Translations under genes and position numbers: made by a program
Notes under the pieces: generated by a model
The model's input: only the letters and a program-made list of their open reading frames with translations
Databases searched by the model: none
What the model was told of the DNA's origin: nothing
Shown: positions 37,777 to 48,457 of the stretch, piece after piece
Layout: each line of letters begins with the position of its first letter
How positions within the stretch are numbered: the stretch's first letter is position 1
DNA from: an uncultured Nitrososphaeraceae archaeon
GTDB lineage: Archaea; Thermoproteota; Nitrososphaeria; Nitrososphaerales; Nitrososphaeraceae
NCBI GenBank assembly: GCA_963825865.1
Contig: CAWGVG010000060.1
Location: 32,001-96,000 of the forward strand
Direction: 5' to 3'
Length of the DNA: 64,000 nt

Positions 37777-38730
37777 TTGCTAAATGTACTCTGCAAGAGG
37801 ATAAAGTCGCTGTTAAAGCAAAGTGTCAACAGGAATCATGCTGACGCATTACTGCTTTCCGGAGGATTAGATAGCAGTATCCTAGCAAGTATCTTGAAGC
37901 CAAAATGCTCATTAACGGTTTCTCTAGGTATTGATACACCTGATCTTGAATTTGCTAGATTAATAGCAACAAGGTATAGTGAGAATCATATCGAAATTAT
38001 ACTTACTGATGAAAAATTACTAGAAGTAATAGAACAAGTAGTTAGAACCTTAAAAACCTTTGATCCTATGGAAATCAGAAATTCCAGTGTCGTTTTCGTT
38101 GGGATGAAAATAGCTAAAGAAAATGGATACGCAAATGTTATGACAGGTGATGGCGGAGATGAATTATTTGCTGGTTATAATTATCTCAGGCGCTATTTTT
38201 CAAATGTCGTAAATCTTGATGCTGAGCTGCAGAGGCTTTGGGATAGAATGAACTTTTCCTCATTACAAATTGGGAAAACAAATGGAATCAACGTTAAAAC
38301 ACCGTTTCTAGACGAAAAGTTTTCTACTTATGCTAAATCTATTAATATATCAAATAAAATAGGTGAGTATAACGGACATCAGTGGGGAAAATTTATTTTG
38401 AGAAAATGCTTTGAGTCTGATCTAGGCAAAGAAATAGTATGGAGACCAAAATTTGCACAAGAGCAAGGAGCCGGAACCTCAAAGATAAAAAACTATTTTT
38501 CAAATAACTTTGATGACGCTTATCGGTTAGCAACAAAACACGCTCTTTCTGCTGGTGTTAAAATCAGAGATAAAGAACATCTTTATTATTATACATTGTT
38601 TAGAAAATACTTTTTATCTCCAAAGGATGAAAAATGCTCTTATTTGAGATGTCCGGAATGTAACGGATGTTTTAATTCCATCGGTAAATTTTGTCGAATT
38701 TGTGGCGCTTTTCCAATAATCCCCATATGA
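37777..38730 (+). CDS. Asparagine-synthase-like ATP pyrophosphatase domain with C-terminal double zinc ribbon
   Basis: LLSGGLDSS, TGDGGDELFAGY, PFLD, GKFILR and CPEC...CRIC. Confidence 0.85.
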   Translation: MLNVLCKRIKSLLKQSVNRNHADALLLSGGLDSSILASILKPKCSLTVSLGIDTPDLEFARLIATRYSENHIEIILTDEKLLEVIEQVVRTLKTFDPMEIRNSSVVFVGMKIAKENGYANVMTGDGGDELFAGYNYLRRYFSNVVNLDAELQRLWDRMNFSSLQIGKTNGINVKTPFLDEKFSTYAKSINISNKIGEYNGHQWGKFILRKCFESDLGKEIVWRPKFAQEQGAGTSKIKNYFSNNFDDAYRLATKHALSAGVKIRDKEHLYYYTLFRKYFLSPKDEKCSYLRCPECNGCFNSIGKFCRICGAFPIIPI

Positions 38731-38894
38731 AAGAGAGGCTCAACATAGAGAAAATATTTAGGATATAAATAGAATATTAGTATGGTACCATATTTTGTAA
38801 CTATAGATATCTGTCACGTGCAGTGACAGCTATTCATAATACACTCATCCTTTTAGCCTATAGATAGAATCAGTAATTAGGTGCTATACTAATA

Positions 38895-39542
38895 ATGTCA
38901 TTTGGTAATAAGTGGATAAAATCACAAAATGAAAATATGGGCAATAAACTTCTTGAAGGAATAAAACCACAGGCTCCTTTGAAGCCAAGGATTGAAGAAG
39001 CCCAACATAAATTACAATTGCAGATTTCAAAACTCGACTCTATAACATCGAAGATGGAGGAAAAGGATCAAGCAATTTTCAAACGCGTAGTCCATGCACT
39101 ACAGAATCACGAAACACAATATGCTAAAATATTATCTAATGAACTGTCACAAGTTCGAAAAATGAATAAAATGGTTTCCTCGGCTAGATTGGCTTTAGAA
39201 CAGATAGAATTAAGATTGAACACAATTACAGAACTCGGTGATGTTGTAGTGACCTTGAGTCCAGCAATGTCTGTAATAAAGGGAATACAGGGTGGACTTT
39301 CTTCGATGATGCCAGAAGCAGATCAATCTTTTGGACAGATATCGGATTTACTTGGAAGTATTATGACAGATTCTGGACAGATCCCAAGCACAGAGATAAA
39401 CGGACCTAGCGGCATAAACGAGGATTCAATGAAAATCATAGAAGAAGCAAGCGCAATTGTGGAACAGAATATGAAGGACAAGTTTCCCGATCTTCCGTCA
39501 AGTAGTTTAGAATCAAGAAGAACTGAGGCTTCCATTTACTAA
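38895..39542 (+). CDS. cdvB: ESCRT-III / CdvB paralog (Snf7 family)
   Basis: Helical Snf7 core LALEQIELRLNTITELGD and C-terminal MIM2-like FPDLP. Confidence 0.85.
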   Translation: MSFGNKWIKSQNENMGNKLLEGIKPQAPLKPRIEEAQHKLQLQISKLDSITSKMEEKDQAIFKRVVHALQNHETQYAKILSNELSQVRKMNKMVSSARLALEQIELRLNTITELGDVVVTLSPAMSVIKGIQGGLSSMMPEADQSFGQISDLLGSIMTDSGQIPSTEINGPSGINEDSMKIIEEASAIVEQNMKDKFPDLPSSSLESRRTEASIY

Positions 39543-39562
39543 AGAACAAAGACCTCGCTCCT

Positions 39563-39886
39563 TTAATTATTTTTTAAAATTTTCTGAATTTGTTTTTTTA
39601 TTCTTGATATTGTGGGGTAGCTATACCCTTTGTCTCTATAGGTATGGATCATGCTCTTCCAGTTATTCAATCGCCATTTTGCCTGATTGTGGCTTAGCAT
39701 AGCCGTCTCTCTTTTCACTATGCTTTTTCTACCAGGCATTAGGTATCCTCCTTCTATAGCTGAATAACGCTTGTACGCAAATCTCAAACCAAAAACAATC
39801 ATTTCTGTTGTAAGGGAATTTAGATAAATTTGTATTTCTTTATATTGTTGATCTGTTAATTTAAGTTCAAATGGAAAACGTTTCAT
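39563..39886 (-). CDS. Small basic hypothetical protein, possible C-terminal HTH
   Basis: 107 aa, K/R-rich, with GYSYPTISRIKKQI. Confidence 0.7.
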   Translation of the reverse strand: MKRFPFELKLTDQQYKEIQIYLNSLTTEMIVFGLRFAYKRYSAIEGGYLMPGRKSIVKRETAMLSHNQAKWRLNNWKSMIHTYRDKGYSYPTISRIKKQIQKILKNN

Positions 39887-39923
39887 ATTCTAATACACCA
39901 TTGAATTTAACATTTAAAGTTAA

Positions 39924-39947
39924 CTTTCTAAATTCGAATTTTGAAAG
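39924..39947. promoter_or_regulatory. Palindrome copy 1 (CTTTCTAAATTCGAATTTTGAAAG)
   Basis: Near-perfect inverted repeat directly upstream of the TTTAAA box of gene 39563..39886. Confidence 0.6.
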
Positions 39948-40029
39948 ACGATAATGCATGATAGCTACGTTGATCTGGTTGTCTATTTTTAAATTCATCG
40001 TTGATTCATGTAAGATATTGTTAAAACAT

Positions 40030-41260
40030 TCAAACAATACCACATTTCTTACCAGCCATTTCAAAAGACGATATTGCACACGCTAATTGATCGTTTGTTA
40101 AAAGGGACGTAATAGTTACTCTAAGTCGTGCAGAACCTTTCTTCACCGTGGGATATCTCACTGCTTGTGCCAAAACTCCATTTTCTAAGAGCTCATTAGA
40201 AAATTCTAAAGCTAAGTTTTCATTTCCTACTATTACTGGAATTATTTGTCCTTCTGACTGGCCTATCAAAAAGCCTAAATCGGCTAATTTTTTCTTAAGT
40301 AACAAGTACGTTGTTAAATAATCTCTTTTGCAAATGACCCTTCATGGAGATAGAAATGGCTAACAAAGCTGAAGCACATAGATGGTCTGGCAGGGCTGAA
40401 GTATATATGAACTGACGTGATTTATTTATCAAAAATTCTCTGACTGTGTGAGTCGTAGCAACATAACCTCCAAAGCAACCAAGGGCTTTGCTAAGGCTGC
40501 TAATATGGACGTCTATTAGCTTAGTTACTCTCTGATGCGAAGGCACACCAGAGAATAAATTTGAAGCTCCAAAAATAAAATCTCCATGAGCATCATCTAC
40601 TATTGTCATTGCATCATACTTTTTTGCAATATCACAGATTTCTCTCAATCTTGACATATCTCCGTCCATGCTGAACAAGCCTTCTGTGATTATAATAATT
40701 TTTTTCCCTGATCTCATATTGGTTTTTCTCATTATTAGTTTCTCCAAATCGTTGATATCATTGTGTTTGAAGATGTAAGTAACAGCTCTACTCAGTCTAC
40801 ATCCATCGATTATACTAGCATGATTTAATTCATCGCTAAATACTATGGAATCTTTATCAGCTAGGACGGAAATAACTCCGATATTTGCCATATATCCAAC
40901 AGGATAAACTAACGAAGATTCAGTCCTTCGATGATTTGCTAATCGTTGTTCTAATTGCTCAAGCACGACTGAATTACCGCACATTAACCTAGAACTGCAT
41001 TGAGATACTCGGGTGAGTTTTTTTTTCATCTCTCTTAACACACATTTGTTCTCTGATAAACCCAGATAATCATTTGAACATAGGTTGATAACTTGCTTTC
41101 CATTGACAATTGCCTGGCCTGACCGTTGTAGAGAAACTCTTTTGAGTATACGGTAAAGATTCTCTTCTCTTAATTTGGTTAATTCTTGTTTTGCAAAGTT
41201 ATATTTTAAGACCAATAATATCGTCAATATTATATATTTATATTCTTTATTTGAACTCAT
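40030..41260 (-). CDS. bioF: 8-amino-7-oxononanoate synthase (indel near 40305)
   Basis: CSNDYLGL, GYMAN, DELNHASIIDG, FSMDGD, VDDAH, SLSKALG and PTVKKGSARLR. Confidence 0.92.
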
Positions 41261-41496
41261 TCTTTTTTGAAATATAGTAATAGTAGCAATACTATTAGAG
41301 CCATAATGAGGATTTAGTTCTTTTTTATGCGTCTTTATTGCGAGCGATAATGTTTATGATTTTAATTTTTTATATATGTTATAGCCAAAATACTAATACT
41401 ATAGGCTAGCGCTTTTTACCTTCATTTTAAAAGGAGGGCTTTTGTTCCGTAAAGAAAGTGAAATTGAATGCAGTAAGTCTTTCTTTTTTGATACTA

Positions 41497-42513
41497 TTAC
41501 GTAGGTCGGAGTCCAATGTCTTTTATCATGGCAATATCTTGATCTGACTTATTTCCACTTGTAGTTAGATATCCGCCTGTAATTATTCCGTTTGCTCCGG
41601 CTTTTAATGCAAGTCTTTCTTTATCCTTTAAAATAACTTCTCTTCCTCCTGCAATCTTTAAAATTGTCTTTGGCATAATAAACCTCCAAACTGCAATTGT
41701 TTTTATTACATCTATTGGATCTAGCGGGTATATACTTGCAAAAGGCGTTCCTTTTCTTGCTATTAGAATATTTATCGGAACTTCCTCTGGATTGAGAGTT
41801 TTAATAGAAAATGCAAGTTCTAATCTTTGTTTGATGCTCTCTCCCATTCCAATAATGCCGCCGCAACACAATTCTAGTCCTTCTTCTTTGACAATCCTAG
41901 CAGTATTTACTCTATCTGCAAACCCGTGAGTTTTACATATTTGAGAAAAGTAGCTTGAGGATGTTTCCAAGTTATGATTATACCTTTTTACTCCAACGGA
42001 CTTTAGTCTCCTAGCTTTCTCTCTAGTCATAAAACCCAATGATACATTAACGTCTATATTCACATCTTTCTTTATTGCCTCAATTGTATCACAAATTTGC
42101 TCGAAGTCTTTGTCCGGTGGAGATCTATATGCACATACAAGACAGAAACTACTAGCACCCTGGTCTTTTGCTTTTTTAGCTTGTTCCAAAATTGCTTCTT
42201 TTGCTAACAGTGGATATTTGTTTATATTGTTGCTATCGTTATCATAGAATGATGATTGGGCGCAAAAAGAGCAATCTTCAGGACATCTGCCTGATTTGGC
42301 ATTGATTAAAGTTTCAATATCTACCCCATCTCCGTTAAAGCTTCGAGTAATTGTGTTTGCACAATCAGCCAAAGTAATTATAATAATATCGTCATCTGTT
42401 GTTGAAGATAGCGCTAGCAATTTTTCTGCTTCTTTGAAGCTAATATCACCACCATCGAGAACTTTGTTCATCATTTCATTGATGAAAACGGTAGCTTGAT
42501 CACATATGGACAA
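41497..42513 (-). CDS. bioB: Biotin synthase (radical SAM)
   Basis: KSGRCPEDCSFCAQS, YNHNLET, CCGGIIGMGE and AGGRE. Confidence 0.96.
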   Translation of the reverse strand: MSICDQATVFINEMMNKVLDGGDISFKEAEKLLALSSTTDDDIIIITLADCANTITRSFNGDGVDIETLINAKSGRCPEDCSFCAQSSFYDNDSNNINKYPLLAKEAILEQAKKAKDQGASSFCLVCAYRSPPDKDFEQICDTIEAIKKDVNIDVNVSLGFMTREKARRLKSVGVKRYNHNLETSSSYFSQICKTHGFADRVNTARIVKEEGLELCCGGIIGMGESIKQRLELAFSIKTLNPEEVPINILIARKGTPFASIYPLDPIDVIKTIAVWRFIMPKTILKIAGGREVILKDKERLALKAGANGIITGGYLTTSGNKSDQDIAMIKDIGLRPT

Positions 42514-42817
42514 TTTACTTCAAAATACTGCTACTATATAATTAATTTTTCTTCGAAGAAACTTAGATCAATTTTGGAATTGCTTATTTGCTTCATAGGC
42601 AATACTGATTTAGTATTCAAAATATGTTTTTTATACAAATAAGCAACAATTTTAATAAATCAATTGTGTTATGGATATATGTATGCTATTTTTTGCTTAT
42701 TACCACGTTGCAGAAATATAATAACCAAGTTGATCCTTCTCAGAACAGTATTTATCTAGCAATCTCTGTAGTTTTGACCCAAGTTCCATAAATACTATTA
42801 TGACATATCGAATAACC

Positions 42818-43060
42818 TTATCGCTCCACTCCTCCAAAGCAAATACGTAACATGTGCATGTATAGATTTAGTCTCTCTGCTCTTTTTGAAAGATTACAAC
42901 GTCCAGAGTATTCGGTCCTATAATGGAACATCATTGAATCTACAATCAATAATTTTATTTTTGAATTAGATTTGTTGACAGTAGAACAAGCTTCTTCAAT
43001 ACATAATTCTTTGTTCTGTTGAAAAATATAATCAGGAGAATACATTTTTTCGCAGTACAT
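42818..43060 (-). pseudogene. RadA-paralog fragment (Walker B region)
   Basis: IKLLIVDSMMFHYRTEYSGR.NL..R..RLN..MH, with no Walker A. Confidence 0.7.
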
Positions 43061-43180
43061 GTATCTATATATAACTCCTCAAAAGACTACTACAAATTTG
43101 TCTATTAAGGTCTATGATATTTCTCCTTTCATTACCTAAGACGAATTTCGTTCATACTGCAAGACTACAACAACAAGATG

Positions 43181-43203
43181 TTTCTAAATTCGAGTTTAGA
43201 AAG
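43181..43203. repeat. Palindrome copy 2 (TTTCTAAATTCGAGTTTAGAAAG)
   Basis: Direct reading of the sequence. Confidence 0.7.
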
Positions 43204-43811
43204 ATTATAAAAAAGACCAAATTCATATGCTACTGCTAACAGCTAACAATATGACCGCCTTTTGAAGGAAAAGTTCCAGATAACATTACATCAATATCTA
43301 TATGAAATGACCTCCTGACTTGTTTTATTAGAAAAGCAACTAATTTACAAAATTTCTCGCGTCAAACATAAATGAACGTCTGATAAATAGATCTATGATT
43401 ATAAACAAGTTGGTTACTTCTAACTGGAAATGCAGAGTAAAGACGAACTGTCGATTGGTTCTTCTACTGCAACGCATATCACGGTTGATTTTATCCAAAC
43501 TTAATCGACAATATGTCTTAATCTATAATTGTGTTATAATCAGAAACGCAAAAACTCTGAAGACAATAAACCTCCTTCGACTTAGATTTCTAAATTCATC
43601 CTATATTTATTTACATCAGTCTTGACATCCATTGTTAAAGTATTTTATCTTGCATATCTTTCTACTGCGGCTAATTTGCTATAATTTCTAAAACTATGCT
43701 AACAAGCCCTTTTTGCCTATTAACCAACATCCCACCATTTGTCGGTCTAATTGATGAAGTGCTTACAAAAACCTGTTTTTTAAATGAAACAAGTTCAAGA
43801 TATCCAAATAA

Positions 43812-43833
43812 TTCAAAACTCGAGTTCAGAAAG
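43812..43833. repeat. Palindrome copy 3 (TTCAAAACTCGAGTTCAGAAAG)
   Basis: Direct reading of the sequence. Confidence 0.65.
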
Positions 43834-44269
43834 AATGAGCACATAATAAGGCCACAATCAACTATTAACAATCATCAAAAAATGCAACGGATACGACGGG
43901 CCTTATGTCTCATACTTCAAAATCGATATAGATATAAAATGAAAACTCAATTTTGCTAATAGATCTATTGCTAACTTTTGTTAATGCTCAAATAAAACAA
44001 TCTCCAAATCAACAAGTACAAAATCATTAAGTCGACTAATGGTTTCCTATTCCAAAGTGCATACAAAGTCCAAAGATGAAGGGGGAATATGGGTTGAAGA
44101 GATATGTCAGATACAAAACACATCACCAGAGGATGTTCACAAAGGAGTCTATGACATTTTCCTACTCCCCCATACAAGTGTTAATGATGATTTCACTGGT
44201 CCAAAACTTCAAAACAGAGTGAATAGATATATATTATTTTGTTTAATGTGATTATGCTTAAAATTGAAG

Positions 44270-44292
44270 TTGCTAAACTCGAGTTTTGAAAG
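44270..44292. repeat. Palindrome copy 4 (TTGCTAAACTCGAGTTTTGAAAG)
   Basis: Direct reading of the sequence. Confidence 0.65.
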
Positions 44293-44504
44293 ATACAGTC
44301 TAATATGTGCTCAAAGGATCTATCAACAATGAAGCAAAAATGGTGTTTACTGTGGGCATTTTACTATGAAAACAATCCAATTGGCAATAGATGATTTCTA
44401 AAGTAATAGTTTTGAACAATCTCCTAACTACCATCATAGTTTCCAAAATGTAAAGATCTATGATAATTAAGTGTAATACTTTTGACTAATTCTGACCTAA
44501 CTAT

Positions 44505-44660
44505 GTATAAAAACGAATTTCGTCCATTCGTCTATTTCCTAAGACAGTTCAACAAACGACCCATTTTTAGAATGTCTATAAAATAGACCCATTTTTTTAC
44601 CTTTAAGTCTACATCTGACAATTCAATAAAGTTCATTAACTATAATACCATTTTTAAACT
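44505..44660. other. Putative multi-subsite res site of the adjacent resolvase
   Basis: Imperfect inverted units GTTCAACAAA..TTTTTAGAAT, GTCTATAAAA..TTTTTTAC and GTTCATTAAC..TTTTTAAAC, with repeated GACCCATTTTT. Confidence 0.45.
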
Positions 44661-44716
44661 AATTAGCATATTTTTTTGACAATAAATTAGTTAAGTAGAG
44701 ATGCTATGGATAGTCT

Positions 44717-45326
44717 GTGAAATATACCTTAGGATACTTGCGAGTAAGTTACAGAAGAACAGACAGTTCTAAACCAGAAAATGGCTTTACAAAAGTGGGC
44801 TGATGAGCAAGGATGTCTTATACTGGACTTTTTTGAGGATTCTGCGGTAAGTGGCAAGATTCCAGCTGTTAAAAGGACCGGCTTTCAAAATATGATTGAA
44901 ATTGTAAAATCAGCGGCTGTGGACGCGATTTTAGTGTACGAGTTATCACGTGTAGGTCGAACCTTCTGGGATACTTTAGATGCTATAAAGGCAATTGAAG
45001 AATATGCACCTCTTATCTCTTGCTCTCCTAAAGAATCCTTTTTGCAAACCACTGAGCCTGGTGTAAGAAAACTCATGATAGGGATACTCACATGGGTAGC
45101 CGAGCGAGAACGCGAAATGCTGGTACAAAGAACAAAAGATGGAATGTCAAGAGCAAGGGCATCAGGAAAAGGGATTGGAAGACCGCCAAAATTACTAGAC
45201 AAAGACAACTTGATTAAATTACTTGCAGAAAATCAAACACGTGTAAAAATCGCTAGAAGCCTTGGAGTTTCAAAGGCTACGCTATACAAGGAACTTCGGA
45301 AACTAGCTACGAAGAGCTATCCCTAG
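44717..45326 (+). CDS. Small serine recombinase (resolvase/invertase) with C-terminal HTH; indel near 44749
   Basis: Removing one T restores MKYTLGYLRVSTEEQ (catalytic Ser). Also SGK, ELSRVGR, ERE...RTKDG..RAR..GK.IGRP and the HTH IARSLGVSKATLY. Confidence 0.9.
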
Positions 45327-46674
45327 TCCGCTTTTCGATTGCCTGCAATAGATTTTGTTGGACATCTAGTAATTTTTCAAGGTCATTTTTATTAATTGCT
45401 AAAGGCGGAATTATTAGCATAATATTTCCCAAGGGTCTAAGGAAAACCCCCATTTTCAATGATTCATGCATGACAAAATAATCGATTCTGTAATTCTTTT
45501 TTATTGTTTGAATAGGCTTTCCATTCCATGCCAACTCAATTCCAGCCAATAAACCTTTGTGACGTATATCAGCCACAATTGGTGATTTCGAAAATTCTCG
45601 TAATCGTTTTGCCAAATATTTGCTATTTGTATTAATTTGTGACATTATATTGCGCTTTTCATATAAATCAATATTTGCTAATGCCACGGCACATCCGAGA
45701 GGATGCCCAGTAAATGTATGCCCATGATAGAATTGTTTGTGTTCTGAATAATTTCCAAGAAATGCATCAAAGATTTTGTCTGTTGTAAGAGTCACGGCAA
45801 GAGGAAAATATCCCGCAGTAAGTGCTTTTCCAAAACAAACTATATCCGGGATAGATCTTTGTGCTAAATATTCTATCATATTACCAAGCCTGCCAAAACC
45901 GGTTGCGATTTCGTCAAGGATCAACAGAACATCATATTTCTTACAAAGTTCACCTACTTTCCTTTGATAACCTTCTGGATAAATCACTACGCCTCCGGCA
46001 ATTTGAGCCCCGCTTTCCATTATCAATGCTGAACATTTCGAACCATGTTTTTTAAGTATATTTTCTGTTTGCTCAAGGCAGTAGTCCATCAAGCAACGTA
46101 TATTCTTAGACCGGAACTCGTATGCAAATGGGCTCGGAGCACGATATACCTTGGTTAAAAATGGTTTATATGTATGAAAAAATCTGGAGATGTACCCTAC
46201 AGACATAGCACCGATTGTATCTCCATGATATCCGTGTTTAAGGGAGATGAACCTTGTTTTTTCGACCTTACCTTTATTACGCCAATAATGAAGTGCCATT
46301 TTCATAGCCACTTCAACTGCAGTAGATCCATTGTCAGAATAAAAAACTTTGTCCATTCCTTTTGCTATCTTTACTAGACGCTCAGCGAATTGTACTGAAG
46401 GAGCGTTGGCCAAGCCAAAGAGAGTAGAGTGTTGAAGATTTTGAAGTTGTTTGACCATCTTATTAACTATCTCATTCTTACCATGGCCCCATACATTACA
46501 CCACATACTCGAAATTCCATCGAGGTATTTTTTTCCTTCGTTATCAAAAAGGTAAAAACCTTCTCCTCTTATGATCACTTTGTTGTTCCAATCTGTCCAA
46601 TCTTTCATCTGTGTATATGGATGCCAAACAAATTGCTTGTCAATATCACGCAGTTTCAATTCAGTTAAATTCAA
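45307..46674 (-). CDS. bioA: Adenosylmethionine-8-amino-7-oxononanoate transaminase
   Basis: WHPYTQM, DNGSTAVEVAMKMA, YHGDT, DEIATGFGR and HGHTFTG. Confidence 0.95.
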   Translation of the reverse strand: MNLTELKLRDIDKQFVWHPYTQMKDWTDWNNKVIIRGEGFYLFDNEGKKYLDGISSMWCNVWGHGKNEIVNKMVKQLQNLQHSTLFGLANAPSVQFAERLVKIAKGMDKVFYSDNGSTAVEVAMKMALHYWRNKGKVEKTRFISLKHGYHGDTIGAMSVGYISRFFHTYKPFLTKVYRAPSPFAYEFRSKNIRCLMDYCLEQTENILKKHGSKCSALIMESGAQIAGGVVIYPEGYQRKVGELCKKYDVLLILDEIATGFGRLGNMIEYLAQRSIPDIVCFGKALTAGYFPLAVTLTTDKIFDAFLGNYSEHKQFYHGHTFTGHPLGCAVALANIDLYEKRNIMSQINTNSKYLAKRLREFSKSPIVADIRHKGLLAGIELAWNGKPIQTIKKNYRIDYFVMHESLKMGVFLRPLGNIMLIIPPLAINKNDLEKLLDVQQNLLQAIEKRTRDSSS

Positions 46675-46699
46675 GTTTAATCTTTTTAATAATATTTAC

Positions 46700-47403
46700 A
46701 TGAAAGGGATATTTATAACAGGAACTGATACAGGAATAGGAAAAACTACGGTTGCGAGCAGGTTTGGCATCGGCAATATACAGGAAAGGAATAGATGTCG
46801 GTGTTATGAAGCCCTTTGCAACTGCAGAAAAAGTCTATTCGTATAAGTACAAATCAGAAGATTCTGCGTTGCTGGCAAGAGCAGCAAAAATTAAAGATCC
46901 CGATGAAGAAATAAACCCATTTTTTTTCTCTATTCCTACAGCGCCTTTTATTGCTGCACAATTAACAAAAGAAAAGGCGGTGAACTTATCTGCTGCTAGA
47001 AAGATGTTCATACAAGCTCGCATCAAAGCATGATTTTATGATTGTGGAGGGAATAGGCGGGATCATGGTTCCATTGACAAAGAGAGAATCGGTAGCAAAT
47101 TTTGCCAAATTACTTAACCTATCAACAATTATTGTTGCAAGTTCAAGACTCGGAACAATCAATCATATTCTTCTTACTATAAAAGCTTGCACAGACTATG
47201 GCCTCAATGTACTTGGAATTATTATCAATACCATGCCAAGAAAGCCTTCAATAGCCGAAAAGAAGATTGTAGAAACAATCCAAGAAGTAAGTAGCGCGGC
47301 TGTTCTATGCGTGATACCCTTTTCAAAGGTAATCAATATTATAAATGTAGGCTTCACGATAGAAAAGAACATCGATATCGACAAAATTATATTAAAAAAA
47401 TGA
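46700..47403 (+). CDS. bioD: Dethiobiotin synthase (indels near 46756 and ~47015)
   Basis: MKGIFITGTDTGIGKT, MKPFATA, IVEGIGG and LGTINH. Confidence 0.92.
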
Positions 47404-47765
47404 AAAATATTCAGAAGGAAAATTTTATCAAAGTATGAATCGCTTCTAGCGTGAAAAATATCGATTGACTTAATCCTTTTTCTATCCTGTTTTTACTGTG
47501 TTTCCTCTTCATGCTAATGACGACTAACAACTTCTGGTTATGGCTCCGAAAATATGAAGATTCAAAAAGACCATAGCTTGCTATTTGCTTGTTTGATTTT
47601 TACAATCTGATGGCTGTAGTCGGACCTATTTGTTAATGGTAGCTTTATTATTATTGGAAAGATTATTCCGATTTCATTATTATATAATGAATAAAAAAAT
47701 TGAAAAAAGTCAATAATAATCAGACTAGGATAATCTTTTATATAAATCAAGACGATCGGGAAGTC

Positions 47766-48451
47766 ATGAAGGCAGTTATTTTGGCTGGTGGTTTGGGTAA
47801 GAGACTGAAGCCTTTAACAGATGAAAGACCAAAACCTATGATTGAAGTTCAGAATATTCCAATTATAGAATGGCAAATAAGATGGTTCAAAATGCACGGA
47901 ATCAATGAGATTATCATATGTGTAGGGCATCTTAAAGAACAGATTATCGATTATATAGGTAGTGGTAATAAATTCGGTGTCAAAGTGGGGTATGCTGTAG
48001 AAGAAGAACCTCTTGGAACAGGCGGGGCCCTAAAGAATGCTGAAAGTCTTTTGGGGGTGGTGTCACAGAAGAAGGATTCTTTATGATAAATGGAGACATA
48101 TTAACAGACTTGGATCCAAACAAATTGCATAATGGTAATTATGGAGCTCTCGCGCTGGTTCCGTTAATAAGCCCATATGGCATCGTAGAATTGGATCAGA
48201 AGTCAAATATCTTGGGGTTTGCAGAGAAACCGCCAATAAAAGACAGATGGATTAACGCGGGTGTCTATTATTTTACAAGGGAAGTATTTAACTTCCTGCC
48301 AGAAAATGGCAATATCGAAGTTACCGCACTTCCTACAATGGCAAAGGAAAGGAAATTGAAAGCGGTAAAATATGAAAACTCTTTCTGGCGGTCAATTGAT
48401 TCCCACAAAGATATTGAGGAGGCAGCTAAAGAATTGAAGTCGACAGGCTAG
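47766..48451 (+). CDS. Sugar-phosphate nucleotidyltransferase (indel near 48055)
   Basis: AVILAGGLGKRL.PLT...PKP, PLGTGGAL, NGD, EKP and INAGVY. Confidence 0.88.
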
Positions 48452-48457
48452 TATAAA

